Counted from the first letter of the stretch, positions 1 to 14,157 are shown. The stretch: DNA of 64,000 bases from Eledone cirrhosa (GCA_964016885.1 OZ024740.1:412858001-412922000), one strand, 5' to 3'. The notes: a model not told the origin generated them from the sequence alone. A program made the numbers and translations.

Positions 1-183
1 ATCGGCCCCTTCACGCTTTTTGGAACGCTTCAAAAGGCATGCTTGCTTGGAACAGCAAGAACCCTCCGATACGTCCTGAATATCTGAGGCTGCAGGTAGT
101 GGCTTGATATTCAATCCAACGGACTTTCCAGTTAACCAACATCAATGACTGAGATTCAAGGAATAACAACAATAATAATAATA
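1..183 (+). mobile_element. 3' end of R4/Dong-like (RLE) non-LTR retrotransposon
   Basis: Plus frame from base 1 reads IGPFTLFGTLQKACLLGTARTLRYVLNI*, like the R4/Dong C-terminal QKAxLLGTAR motif. The 3' UTR is repeated at ~2210-2292 and both copies end in (AAT)n. Confidence 0.75.
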
Positions 184-212
184 GTGGGAGACCTATGAAC
201 AATGATAGTGGG

Positions 213-425
213 AGACCTATGAACCTAAGATTTGTAGACAGGAAAAAGTTAAAAGAAACAACAGCTAATGTAAACAAAGTCATCCCATACCTTGAGGCGA
301 GGAGCCTTCACCAGTGCAACAATATCCTCAAGAGCAACAGCAAATACGGTGAGGAAACTACTTGGTATAAAAGCGAGAGGAAACAACAGACAAGAAAGAG
401 CAGAGCCGTGGTGGAAGATCGCTCC
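213..425 (+). pseudogene. R4/Dong-like internal ORF fragment
   Basis: LRFVDRKKLKETTANVNKVIPYL resembles the pre-RT region of R4/Dong ORFs; lies next to the Dong 3' end. Confidence 0.5.
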
Positions 426-1161
426 CGTAAATTTTGATTTTTTAACATATTTAAATCATTTGTGAAATAACAATTTTTAGTACAAATGTTACGTAAAGCA
501 TCCGGCTTGAGCCCCCAAAAAATTCGGACCAAAAATATATTGTTATAAGGCTCAAATATTCAACTTTGTATTGTACATTGTATATTCAAAAAAGAAAATG
601 GCTATAAATGGATGGAAGAAGAAGAAGCCCCCCCCCCCCTCCTCTGTCTACACTATATAGAACAGCCAAACAACAGCAATTTCACCAACACCAGAAACTA
701 GATACACCACCTACCCCATCACTCCTCTGTGTACACTAAATACAACAGCCAGATAACGGCAATTTCACCACCACCACAACCAATCTCAACATAATAATGA
801 TAATAATAATTACTATTATTATTGTCCCAAGTTGTAACAAAATGTTTAATTCCAACATTAAGGGAATTTATGTCAACACATGTACGCGACTAGCTCCAGA
901 GATTCACCGAACGGACAACAGTAACGACAACGCCATCACTACAGTCACCGCCGCCGCCGCCCATCCATCATTACTACCACTATCCCATCACCGCCGCCAC
1001 CACTCCTTCATTGCTACCACCACTACCCCCCCCCCCCACACACACACTACCTTCTGTTAACTTACGAAAGGGGAGGATGGCGATATCACTAGACAATATT
1101 GATAAACAAGATTAATATTTAATTTTGGATCAGGAATGTTGGAGTCGAAAATGGCAAAATG

Positions 1162-1435
1162 ACTAAACGACTACAGATTATTATTTCACTACCAATACCA
1201 CCACCACTGCCACGATGAAAACTCTGGTCGAATCGACTCAAACTTATACCCCAACTACAACACCATCACTACAGTAATACGATCACATCACCACCACTAC
1301 TAAACGACTACGGATTATTATTTCACCACCAATAACACCACCACTACCACGCTGAAAACTCTGGTCAAATCGCCTCAAATTTATACTCCAACTACAAAAC
1401 CATCACTACAGTAAAACGATCACATCACCATCATC
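1162..1435. repeat. Two-copy tandem duplication, ~137 bp unit
   Basis: actaaacgactac...gatcacatcacca occurs twice back to back. Confidence 0.8.
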
Positions 1436-1814
1436 ACTGCCTCAGTATCGCTGCCGCCGCTATATCCTCTCCCACTGCCTCCTACTAGTTGCTGCTAGCA
1501 CAGCACCACCACCACATTGTAGAATTCCTACTAAAAAAGAGGAAGGCATCAAAATATAGATAGACTCAAAAGAAAAAACAAAAATCAAAATCAAAGCAGC
1601 ACAGCAATAACAACAACAACAAAAAAAAAACAGACAGAAAAAAACAAAAACAAAAAAACGTGAAGAAAATAAGAATGAAGAGAGAAACGAACGGACGGAC
1701 AGAGAAGGGAAGGGAAAAACTAAGTCAGACATTCGAACACTACATTACAATGAATCTTATGTTTATTCAGTTTTGGGGTTTTTTCTGCCTGTTTGTTTGT
1801 TTGTTTATTTGTGT

Positions 1815-2291
1815 TCGTCTACAGCGTGATAATGCCACACAAGAGCCACGTGGAGCGACGTAACCACCGGAGACGGTGAATCCACAGGTGGTTATGTAAC
1901 CATACATTCGCCAATCCTCAATAAGAGTGTTTAAATGTCGAACCTAAACAGTTCGAATAACGGTGAAATGGAGACTAGAACGTCATGTGACAGACTCTCA
2001 CCTAACAGGTGCTCCCTGGCTCAGCAGCAGGGACCTGGCTGTCAACCAAATACTGTTGGTGTCGGAGGAATAAGAAGAAGGAAGGGGACCAGAACCAACT
2101 GGACGAAAGAATTGAATAGAACTGTTATGCAATGTTACCTGAAAAGTAACCCCAAGTAGAGGGGCTATAGGAGACGGATGCATAACATCTGGAACGATAA
2201 GAACTAATGAATATTTGAGGCTGCAGGTAGTGGCTTGATATTCATTCCATCGGACTTTCCAGTTAACTAACATCAATGACTGAGATTCAAG

Positions 2292-2325
<34 letters not shown>

Positions 2326-2330
2326 AATAA
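1815..2330 (+). mobile_element. Internally deleted R4/Dong-like element
   Basis: N-terminal RTNWTKELNRTVMQCYLKSNPK*RGYRRRMHNIW is joined directly to the same 3' UTR as at 80-161, followed by (AAT)n. Confidence 0.65.
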
Positions 2331-2390
2331 TTGTTTCTACTTTAGGCACAAGGCCAGCAATTATCCAGTGCATTACTGGTACTTTACTTT
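2327..2390 (-). mobile_element. SINE 3' fragment
   Basis: ataattgtttctactttaggcacaaggccagcaat...ttactggtacttt matches the SINE copies at 15410, 25153 and 53856. Confidence 0.75.
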
Positions 2391-2404
2391 ATAATAATAC
2401 TAAT

Positions 2405-2457
2405 AATGATTTTATTTATTAGCCACAAGGGCCGACATGCAGGGGACAAGGACCCCT
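2405..2457 (-). mobile_element. Tx1/L1-like 3' end fragment in (AAT)n
   Basis: Minus strand ...tgtggctaataa matches the 3' end of the Tx1 element at ~34300-34320; flanked by AAT repeats. Confidence 0.45.
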
Positions 2458-3164
2458 AATAATAATAATAATAAAATTATCATTATTTTCATTATCATCA
2501 ACACTACTACAACGTTCTCATTTTATTTCATGTTATGTTATTGTTATATTACCATTCATTGACTCTCCTTTCATCAACCATTCTTTTACATCAGCATATG
2601 AAAGTAGAATACTAGAAATGGAGAAATATAAATGTTTCATGTCATATTAATGTGACACTTGCATTTGAAGGTGGCTAGGAACAGAGAGAGAAACGTATAT
2701 ACACACAGATATACACATTCTCACACAGCCATATTCTTTAATTGAAACAAAGAAACACTATCAAACACACACATACAGATATAAAGAATCATGAATATAT
2801 ATATGTATGTGTGTGTGTGTGTGTATGTGTGTGTGTGTGTGTGTATATATATGCATATATGTGTGTCTCTGTCTGTCTCTGTGTGTTCGTCTGTGTCTGC
2901 TTACGTGTGTGTATCGGTGTGTGTGTATCTCTGTGTGTATGTATTTGTGTGAATGTGTGTGAACGCGTTTGTTGTGTGTATACGAGGTTCAGCTGTAAAG
3001 TTCATAGGTTGACTATGAAGGAGCTAGTCCTCTGAAATCTTGCATTCAATAATTTCAAATCTTAATCGATCTTTTTATTGTTAAGGAAAATGTTGAAAAA
3101 TAAAATTCATATGGTCATTCCATTGAAGTATATTGGTCAGCCTAAAAAAATGTTCAGCCTCTGT

Positions 3165-3625
<461 letters not shown>

Positions 3626-3638
3626 GGAAAAATTATGA

Positions 3639-3733
3639 CCCCGAAGGCAGAGCTCAAGCCGTTTCGGCGGCTATTTCTGGACTAAATTAGAATGTTTAGC
3701 CTGGTGAATAAATACCCGAACTTTTCAAGGGGG
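3639..3733 (-). ncRNA. Type I hammerhead ribozyme, U3-A8 core variant, long stem II
   Basis: CCCC-UUGAAAA-[stem II]-GAAA-CGGC...GCC(U/G)UC-GGGG. Sister copies at 9966-9990 and 46736-46762 keep the GUC triplet. The plus-strand copy at 6968-7062 is decayed. Confidence 0.65.
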
Positions 3734-4177
3734 TACTTCCTTATATGGGAAGATTATAGTTGTCAAGAGGAATGGTTAAAATTTGTTGTAAACACAAATG
3801 AGTCTATGATGGCATTTGGTGGGAGGTTGGGGTGGCTGAACTTGCCTGTAGAACAATAGGGGAGGTTATAGAATAGGTATATCGAATGAGAGTAGGAGAC
3901 AATAAAAGATAATGGAAAGAAATAAAAAAATATATAAAATTAGATAGTGTGAAATGAATAAAAAAAATTACAATGCTATCTTACAATTACAGGTTAATAA
4001 GTTGAGAATAGAAAAAACTTGTAGATTGAGTAGTAACAAAACTGATACAAAATTAAAGGGGTTTTAACACATCTGCTATAAGTAGCTAGTAAAACTATCT
4101 CTGTAATAGAGCACCTTCCGACTCTACCACGCAATATCCCGACTTTTCCACCCAGCTCAACTTTCTTCAACCGCACG

Positions 4178-6257
4178 ATGCGAAAACACAACATCGACTT
4201 CTCCGCCTAGAACATCCCAGTTCCACCGAGAAAACTTTACCTTCGGATGCTCACGCAAAAAATCGACCTTTTTGCGAAAAGACTAAGATGGAGAACTTTT
4301 TTGTACGATAGATACCGCGACATTCAGGACTTCGACACCAAGGAGAGATTCGGATTCAATACCTACAAATCTCCCCCTCCGAACCCTATGATCTCAACCT
4401 TCGAGAACAACCTTTCCCACCTGGTCAAGAACATTAAATTCAAACCCAGACACAACAGATTCCTACAACAACTCCGTAGCAAAATAACAGAGTATGAAAA
4501 CACCAACGACATCATGGTGCACTCAGACAAAACTGGAAACCTCTACTTCGTCAACCCTGACAGATACCACACACTGATCGGGTGCAGCCTAAACACCACC
4601 TATAAAAAGGCTAGCCATTCAATTATCGAGGACATAAATCGAGATGGACACCAAATTACCTCCAACCTCGGGGTCGCCGACCGCACTGAACCCCTAGAAC
4701 AACGAACTCCCTACTTCACACTGAAGGACCACAAATCCGACTTCGACCGCAAACCATCCATTAGGCTTATAAACCCAACGAAGTCCGACATAGGGAGAAT
4801 CAGTAAAAAGATCCTTGACCGAGTTATACTAAAAGTTAAGCAAAACGTGAGACTTAGGCTATGGGTCAGCACCCAGGAAGTAATCTCATGGTTCAGGAAT
4901 ATGGAGGACAAACGAGACACAAAATTCATCCAGTTAGATATAGAGAGTTACTATGCATATATTACCTTACCGCTCCTTACGGCCGCCTTGGACTTTGCCG
5001 AAACACACACACCCATCACTGACCAGGAAAGAAATATCATTCTCCACGCCAGGAAGACAGTCCTACTTTTCGACAACTCCAAGTGGATAAAGAGAGTTCT
5101 CGACTACCGCTTAGACGTCAGTATGGGCGCGACGGATTCGGCCGCGGTCACATATCTTATAGGATTATTCCTACTATTTAAACTCACCCAAATGTTTCCT
5201 GCATTCGGCGGTGGATTGTACCGGGACGATGAGCTCCTCACCCTCAAAGGGTACAGACAACTAATCAACTTCTTTGGGGACTGGGGATTTAAAATAACCC
5301 TACAAACGTCGCTAACCCGAGTCAATTTCCTGGACGTTACCCGTAACCTCGAAAATAATCTGTACTACTCATACAGGAAACCAAACGAGAACCTGCACTA
5401 CATCCACCGCCGCTCTAACTATCTTAGAAACATCACCAATAACCTGGTTAAAAAACATCTCCCTCCGCATATCGCATTTGTCCGCTAATGATCAGATATT
5501 CGACGAACACGCACTTCATTACAACCAGGCTCTCAAACGGAGTGGCTTCGGGGAGAAAATATCCTTTTATCCAGCTTCCCTTAGCGGAACCAGCAGGCGA
5601 CACCGCCGCTCACGCAACGTAACGTGGTTCAATCTTCTGCATAATGCCGAGGTGACAACACCTATCGGGAAAATCTTCTTTAGACTCCTCGAAAAACACT
5701 TGCCACTACAATACCGCTACCACAACATAATAAACAAAAACAGCATCAAACTCTCCTACACCACGACACCTAACTTCGCACAAAACATCGTCTCATCAAA
5801 CCACAAAAACACAACCTCTATGGAAGAAATAACCTAGACATCAGTGGAGAGCCGACCAGGAGGTGTAACTGCCTAGATAGATCTACGTGCTCCTTCAACA
5901 ACAAATGCTGAGAACGCTTATATAGGATTAACCGCGTGTGACTTCAAGACCCGGCTCTACCAACACCGACATACTTTCCGAAACCCGGTCCGGCGACATG
6001 CCACTACACTTTCGGGCCACATCTGGGACCTCCAAGATAATAATATAACCTACAATCTCACTTGGAGCTTACTGTCCAGAGCTAACTCTTACATGGGAGG
6101 ACGCCGTCCGTGTAACTTATGCTCGGAGGAAACATTACAAATGCTGTTTTCGAAGGACCAACTCCTAAACAAGAAAGACGAACTGGTAACCGCACGCAAA
6201 CACAGATTGCGTAGGACTTACCTCGCCCTCAAACCCCATAACGACCCGGGTGGGTAG
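4178..6257 (+). pseudogene. PLE reverse transcriptase plus C-terminal GIY-YIG endonuclease, disrupted
   Basis: Motifs FSA*NIP, RLINPTKSDIG, FIQLDIESYY, MGATDSA, GLYRDD, VNFLDV, YRKPN, VTWFN, IKLSY, CNC..C, YIGLT, LLNKKDEL; stops and frameshifts present. Confidence 0.85.
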
Positions 6258-7176
6258 ACAAGGGCTGATAACCCCCCCCCCCCACACACACACACACACA
6301 CTTGCTGAATAAGTTAGGGGAAACCCCAGCTTACATAGCTAGATGTATCTCTTTTCTTTTCCTCTTTGTCTTCTTCTTCCCCCTGGCTCATCCTATCACT
6401 TCCTTCTACCCCCTATTTTATTCCTCGTCTGCTTTTCCCCTTTCGCCTACCTCGATGCAGCCCATCGGTTCTCTGTAGCATCAGTCTCCCCCCCACCCCT
6501 GCAATTTTAAAATAGAATTGGCCGAATACGTTTTACTAACTACTTATAGCAGATGTGTTAAAACCCCTTTAATTTTGTATCAGTTTTGTTACTACTCAAT
6601 CTACAAGTTTTTTCTATTCTCAACTTATTAACCTGTAATTGTAAGATAGCATTGTCATTTTTTTTATTCATTTCACACTATCTAATTTTATATATTTTTT
6701 TATTTCTTTCCATTATCTTTTATTGTCTCCTACTCTCATTCGATATACCTATTCTATAACCTCCCTCCTCCACCTCATACACTATCCTTAGAATCTGCAG
6801 TATACATATCACCTTCAACGCTTGACCGCTCTACTCACTCCCATATTGTTCTACAGGCAGGTTCAGCCACCCCTACCTCCCACCAAATGCCATGATAGAC
6901 TTATTTGTGTTTACAACACATTTTAACCATTCCTCTTGACAACGGCAATCTTCCCCTATAAGGAAGTACCCTCTTAACAAGTTCGGCTATTTATTCACCA
7001 GGCTAAAAATTATAATTTAGTCCAAAATAGCCGTCGATACGGCTTGAGCTCTGCCGTCGGCGTCATACTTTTTCCTATTTCCGACTCTACTACCCTAAGT
7101 ATTGAGTACTCTGGTGCGTTATGGTCCATCTGGTTCCTTACCACAATTACTTTGTTATAGATATATATATATATAT

Positions 7177-7315
7177 CGACAGTCGATCAACTTTTTTGTC
7201 AAATCGGATCGAGGAAACGATGTTTCCACTGGTCTTTCTAATTACTAGTACTATCTATTGGTCGCAACTCCATGTTGAAGGATCAACGTGAAATAAAGTC
7301 TCTTGCTCAAGGAAT
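7177..7315. mobile_element. Degenerate SINE fragment with CORE-like segment
   Basis: gtgaaataaagtctcttgctcaagga resembles a CORE-SINE motif (from memory). Confidence 0.35.
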
Positions 7316-7340
7316 AAATTATATATATATATATATATAT

Positions 7341-7536
7341 AACTTTATAGAGGGTTCAATCGGGGGTAACCACAGTAAGCAAGGTACTCAATACAAAGAA
7401 GGGTATAAATAGTTAATATAGAAAGATTTCTACAGGACTAGAACTGTTTCATTCGTGAGAAATCATCAGAAAGCTGACCTGATGATTTCTCACGAATGAA
7501 ACAGTTCTAGTCCTGTAGATGATTTTCTATATTAAA
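7341..7536. mobile_element. Asymmetric palindromic mini-element (family B) with hammerhead-like core
   Basis: Arms invert about ~7470-7478. The right arm reads CUGAUGA-UUUCUCACGAAU-GAAAC...GUC. Same family as 58136 and 61432; flanked by (TA)n. Confidence 0.75.
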
Positions 7537-7560
7537 TATATATATATATATATATATAAA

Positions 7561-7829
7561 ATGATTGAGTCAAATATGCTATATATATTTCGGTGACCTC
7601 TTCAGACAGTCCGAATTGGTGTGGAAAAGCTAAGTACATATGTTGTTGAAGTGTGTTTTTCTCCGTCAATACATCGATATGTCCACCTCCTGCTTGTGGT
7701 GTTATTCCTCTGAGGAACTGGAATCATTACATTACGCCGGAGTAAACAAACCAACCTGCGGACTTCGTCGAGTGCTCCCATATGCATACTCAGGTGTCGG
7801 TAAACAACCAACATACAACATATACTCAA

Positions 7830-7830
<1 letters not shown>
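7561..7830. mobile_element. Two-arm mini-element (family C), rearranged relative to 50790-51107
   Basis: 7561-7726 matches 50905-51107 in direct orientation; 7727-7830 matches 50790-50887 inverted. Minus-strand HHR at 7577-7610 (CUGAAGA-GGUCACC-GAAA-UAUAUA-UA). Confidence 0.75.
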
Positions 7831-7904
<74 letters not shown>

Positions 7905-7910
<6 letters not shown>

Positions 7911-8207
7911 ATGTAATAAACAACATAAGGCAATTATTCCATTTACCAGTGGTTTCTTAAAAGCAAAAGGTTTTGCTTTCAATCCTCAGAACAAAAAAAT
8001 CCTGGTTTGTTTATTGAATTTGGATCTTAAAAACAAAAAAAGCAAGCTATATGAAAGTGAGGCTGGAGAAGGAAGAAGGAAAGGAAAAAATAAAAACAAA
8101 ATAAGACTACCCAGTTTTACATACACACACGCATATACGTGTGTGTATGCGTATGCATGTGTGTGGGCGTGGTTGTGTATGTGTGTATATGTGTATAGGC
8201 ATGTATA

Positions 8208-8250
<43 letters not shown>

Positions 8251-8315
8251 GTGTGTGTGTATATATGTGTGTGTGTACATATGTGCGTGTGTATATATTG
8301 ATAATTGTATATGTG

Positions 8316-8354
<39 letters not shown>

Positions 8355-8747
8355 TTGTGTTCTGTTGTGCGTGTTTATGATATATACGTATTTGTATGTG
8401 TATAATTGTTTAGCTATGTATGTATATGTGTGTGTATGTGTACGTGTGTATATATATATATATGTGTGTGTGTACGTTTGTATTTATGTAATTATATGTG
8501 TGCTTGTGTATTCATATATGTGTGTGTGTGCATATAGTTGTATACACATGTGTGTGTGTATAGATTGTACACTTGTGCGTGGTTATGCATGTATGCGTAT
8601 GTATGCGGTTATGTATTTGTATTTGAAAATTTTTTTTTTTTTATGTGTGAGAGTGTGTGAATGCGTTGACTACTTCGTGCGTATGTATATGTGCTTTTGT
8701 GTGTGTGTATGTGTGTGTATATATGCATGTGTGTGTGTGTGTGTGTA

Positions 8748-8805
<58 letters not shown>

Positions 8806-8823
8806 CGTGTGTGTGTGTAGATA

Positions 8824-8875
<52 letters not shown>

Positions 8876-9277
8876 TGTGTATGTGTGTGTGTGTGTGTAT
8901 GAATGTTTATATATGTTTGTTCTTAGAGGAACAAAGGCAGACAGATTCCTGTATTCAGATTGGAGCCAATCCTTATCATTGGCTTCCTCTTTAGCTTACA
9001 GGCGTCTGTAAGATCAGTATGGGGTCAGTCATGGTAGATAGATTTGGAGGAAGGGGAGATTCCTTAAAAGCTAAATTCTTAAAGGTTCTAGTATATTAAC
9101 GAAGTTTTAGGGAATTCTGTGGACAATTTCTAAGTATAATCTATACAACTGTAGCCATAAATTCACGAGACACTTTCAACAGAACATACCCTGCGCGTAT
9201 GCGCGCATGCACGCACACACATGTGTATGGGGGAAATATATTTATATTTGTATACGCGTGCGTGCGTGCGCGCATAC

Positions 9278-9313
<36 letters not shown>

Positions 9314-9606
9314 GTGTCTGTGTGGTTGTATGGGTAGTCTTATTTTGTTTTTATTTTTTCCTTTCCTTCTTCCTTCTCCAGCCTCACTTTCATATAGCTT
9401 GGTTTTTTGGTTTTTAAGATCCAAATTCAATAAACAAACCAGGATTTTTTCGTTCTGAGGATTGAAAGCAAAACCTTTTGCTTTTAAGAAACCACTGGTA
9501 AATGGAATAATTGCCTTATGTTGTTTATTACATAATAATAATTAAGCTCTGTTGCTTACATAGAGCACTCTTTTTTCCTGGACTTTTCCGACGGAATTAC
9601 TTCATT

Positions 9607-9610
<4 letters not shown>
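7905..9610. mobile_element. Non-coding element with ~210-bp inverted arms, each carrying a hammerhead
   Basis: 7905-8113 is the reverse complement of 9331-9540; the right arm runs ~70 nt further; TA/CA flanks. Confidence 0.8.
9449..9507 (+). ncRNA. Type I hammerhead ribozyme
   Basis: UUCGUU-CUGAGGA-[UUGAAAGCAAA/UUUGCUUUUAA]-GAAA-CCACUGG-UA-AAUGGA; predicted cleavage after 9500. Mirror copy on the minus strand at 7937-7995. Confidence 0.8.
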
Positions 9611-9698
<88 letters not shown>

Positions 9699-9830
9699 TA
9701 TATACATATATATGGCGGCGTGTCTGTGTGTGTGTTTCTATTCATCTCTGACGGAAATTCATAATAAATTGAAGTGAAAACCAACAGATGCGTGTGATTT
9801 CATTGGCACCATGACCCTCCCAAAGTATAA

Positions 9831-9885
<55 letters not shown>

Positions 9886-9887
<2 letters not shown>

Positions 9888-10088
9888 AAAAGGTATGACC
9901 CCGACGGCAGAGCTCAAGCCGTTTCAACTGCTATTTCTGGACTATTCAGTCCAGAAATAGCCGTCGAAACGGCTTGAGCTCTGCCGTCGGTGTCATACCT
10001 TTTCCTATTACCCACTCTATTACCCTTAGTATTGAGTACTCTGGTGCGTTATGGACCATCTGATTCCCTACGACAATTCCCCCGTTAT
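9886..10088. mobile_element. Palindromic pLTR-only insertion of the 3626-7159 PLE family
   Basis: Centre ggact-attc-agtcc; the right arm matches 7019-7158; flanked by (TA)n. Confidence 0.85.
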
Positions 10089-10343
10089 TTATATATATAT
10101 ATATATATATATACTTCATATGAAATATTTTTAAAAACAATTGTCCCTCTCTTCTTTTAATCACATTATTTTTTTAATAACCCTATATTTTCAATAATGT
10201 CACTTTGACGAATTAAAAACGAAAAACAGACCCTTAAATATATCTCCTGTGCTATTTCCAACTTCATCTTTTCTCTATATCCACTATTTTGTATAGAACC
10301 TCACTTCACTTTTCTAATATATCAAACTATACAAATCCGGAAA

Positions 10344-13300
10344 ATGGCGCTGGAACCCGATAACACAACTACACATATAAATGAGAAAATCCTTAAAGTT
10401 CTACGAGACATAAACGGGAAACTCACAATCCTTGCAGAAAAACTCTATAACCCACAAATTCCACACTGGCTGATAACAACGAAGACAATATTACAACAAC
10501 AAATAACCAATTCAACCTAAACAATCAGCAATTATGCAACTCCATGGAAAAACTTAGAAACGTTAAGACAGAACAAGAAACCTCACACCACATTAAAAAC
10601 AAAATTGGACACTTTTGGAAAAAAACAATTGAAAACAAAGAAATTCACTTTCTGGAACATGGTGAAAAATTTGAACAAAGCTGGAATCTATCATAAATGG
10701 ATCAACTCCACACCAATAACTTACCCCGTAAATTCCAAATAAAACCCATAACTAATGAATCTGAACAGCAAGGGAAACTACGAGAACAAATGTCACTCAA
10801 CAAAATTAATATGGAAATAGAACTCCTAAATCTAAGAGCCACATCCAATGAACAAAAATACCAGGACATCGACCAACAAATGGAAATAGAATGTGCGAAA
10901 TACACGGAGGGACCAACTCTACAAAATTTAATTAAATCCTGGAAAAAGGATTGCGAGATTGCAGAACTAATCTCATTAAAATGATGGGAAAAATCTGAAA
11001 ATTGGTTCCTCAAATATGAAGTGGACTTCAAAACAATGCATCACACATATAACCCCTTTACAAAGAAATTTATCAAAACAAGAATCCCTTCAGCAACATA
11101 CATACTTCCAACCCCAACACGCATAAACCACAGACAAAACCCACTCTACACAGACCAAATGCAGCCAAATACAACCAACTACAGCAGAAGAAACATATCC
11201 AACCACCACAACATAGGTACCCACAATAATATCCCCTACAGAAACCAATCCCCAAACAACATAGAACTAGCCCGCAATACAAACTCCATACACTCCAGAA
11301 GAAACCCACACAGACCACATGAAATCCCAACAAAACCTAACCACATTAACAAGTACAACAGGTATCACTCCCAACACTACGAGAAACAACTCCACGACAT
11401 CAACACTATGCATCCCAGAAGGCACCCACCCAGACCACATGAACCCACAACAGAACCCTTACACAATAACAACTACAACATACACCACCCCCATCACCAC
11501 ATTAACTCTTATTTAAAAACTAACTACAGATCCATACAAAACAGATAAGCAGGCTACAATTACGACAAAAACAACATTCCTTTTTTAGGAACAGGACTGA
11601 AATACCAGGACACCCGATGGCCCCCACTCATGAGAAGCCGAAGATAATTAACCTTTCAAATGTATCACTAACCAACACACAAATTAATATATTAAGTAAG
11701 GGACTGAAATTTACACCCACACCACAAAAATCTAACTTCCCCGAAATGAAAGATGACATCATGGAATTCTGCCGAAAACTCAGACTAATAGAATACTTCT
11801 CTAATGACAGCAATAATGAAGACGAATCAATAGTCAGAAACAAAAGTGATTTCTACCCACAGAAAGGGAGGAACACAGCACTGGACACCTACTGCGATCG
11901 CACCATCAACTTTCCCTATGATCAAATCACAAATAAACACACGAAATCGAACCTCTCCAAACACGATTGGAAAGAATTATTCACACTGCGAAACAACACT
12001 GAAATAGCCATCAAAGAAGATGATAAAGGGGGCACTTTAGTCATTATGGACACTGACTTCTATAGAGACCTGGCACTCAAAATCTTAGTTGACAACAGAT
12101 ACTACGAAAAAACAGCAAACTACAAACAAACAAAAACTATGGGGAACCTCCTACCATTATTGCAAAAATACCGCAGTAGCCTAACCACAAAGGTATTTGA
12201 ATACATAAGCCATTTCAAATGTAATACAAGTGCTTTCTACGGCTTACCGAAGATACATAAATTTAAACCCATAAGCAATGCTTGCGACACCTCAACTAAC
12301 AAATACATACAATTAACACTACTAGAAGACTCAGACCACTCAGACCAATTATAGCAGGCCCTGCATGTGAAACACACAGACTTAGCAACTTCCTGGACAT
12401 CCTACTGAAGCCCTTTTTAAAACATATACAGAGCCACATACGAGATGACCTGGATATGCGGAACCACCTACCCAAAACAGTAAGTGGAAGCACTATTCTA
12501 GTCTCCTTTGACGTAATAAATCTCTACACTAACATACCCCATAACCATAGAATAATAGCAATCTAGTTTTGGCTAGACACTCACCAATAAGAAATACCAA
12601 CACGCAACAACAAAAATTCCATTATTGATGGACTGCGATTTATCTTACAGAATAATTTGTTTACTTTCAATGATTCAACATACCGACAAATCTCAGGTAC
12701 TGCAATGGGAACAAAGGTAGCCTCCACATACGCCAACTTAGTCATTGGATTCCACGAACAACAAATCTACAACCAATCCCTTCTATTATTCGGAGACTCT
12801 TTCCTTACACATCTCAAAAACAACTGGAAGAGATACCTTGACGATTGCTTCATTCTATGGCACGAAGACACAAATACACTCACCCTTTTCAAGATTATGA
12901 TTAACAACATTAACAATAATATACAATTCACAATGAAATCTAACTCCAAGGTATTAGCCTTCCTGGATATTCTCATTCTAAAAACAGATGGAAAAATAGA
13001 GACAGACATCTATTACCCACGGACTCCAAACTGTACCTCCTATTCACATCAAATCACCCAAAACATACGAAACTTAACATCACTTTCAATTTAGCCAAAC
13101 GTATATGCACCATAGTATCAGACCCAGCTAAATGGGAACAAAGACTAAATGAACTCAAAAACATACTTACCTTAAGAGCCTTCCCACTTAACATAATTAA
13201 TAACGGTATACATAAAGCAAAACACGGAAATGTTCATAAACCCAACAACCCAACACACGGCACCACAAACAATACCTTAACATATGTATCCACGTTCAAC

Positions 13301-13880
13301 CCCAGAAACACCGAAATATTCGACCTCCTACACAAAAACCTCCCCATTCTATTTAAAGCTGAAAAAACGAAAAGAAATCTAGAAACACTCAAGATCATCC
13401 AAAGGAAAAGGCAACCGAAATCACTAAAACACATCCTCACAGAAACAAAGACACACAAATCTATCTCCAGCCTTATGGTAACAAAATGCAGAAGACCGAA
13501 CTGTAGAACATGCCTACACTTATTTGAAGGGCAAAATTTTACGTTCAAAGATGGCCAAACTTTCACAGTGAGAACAAAATCTTCACTTGCAACTCGGAGA
13601 ACCTAATCTATGTAATCACATGTGGTGGTTGTCAACATAACTATAAAGGACAGACGGGTTGTCATTACGCAAAAAAATGACCATCCATCGCCAACAAATC
13701 CGAGACGTAAATACAAGGAAAATCTCCTTAAGCAGCCACATTGCAAATTGTGCAGGAATGATTTTCCCCAACTTTAAAATCTTCCCCTTTTACAAGTGCT
13801 CCGATTCTTTCACTCAACAACAAAGAATAAATAAGGAAAAACTATTTATTAATAAATTTAAACCAAAACTAAATATGTAA
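10344..13880 (+). pseudogene. PLE RT, Cys-rich linker and GIY-YIG, disrupted
   Basis: IINLS, KGLKFTPTP, FYGLPKIHK, LVSFDVINLYTNIP, GTAMGTK, RYLDDCF, FLDIL, CRRPNCRTC, LIYVITCGGC...GQTG, FKPKLN. Confidence 0.85.
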
Positions 13881-14122
13881 TCACCCTCATTACTTTCCCC
13901 AGACACACACGCGCGCACTGCAGTGTGTGTGTGTGTGCATATATACATATATTTATATATATGTGGATATATATATGGATATATATATATCTCAATACCC
14001 ATCTTTTTCCATTTCTCCGAGGGTTCTTAACCCCACTATCATTCTAAATAATTTCTTTAATTTCTTTAGTCAAAATACGGCGATATACATACATAAATAT
14101 AAATACGGAGAAATACATTTCT

Positions 14123-14157
<35 letters not shown>

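Larger units (their letters stand above)
3626..7159 (+). mobile_element. Penelope-like element (Naiad-like) with inverted pseudo-LTR at its 5' end
   Basis: 3626-4096 is the reverse complement of ~6530-7075 with one internal gap. RT and GIY-YIG lie between. (TA)n on both sides. Confidence 0.85.

Noticed and set aside
5900-5915. TGA after the Cys cluster in the Naiad-like ORF as selenocysteine (some Naiads are selenoproteins)
   Set aside because: It sits at an apparent deletion in a decayed copy, the second Naiad-like copy has no TGA there, and I saw no SECIS.
7341-7536. Palindromes as CRISPR repeats, terminators or pre-miRNAs
   Set aside because: No repeat-spacer array, eukaryotic context, and the arms are explained by pLTR homology.
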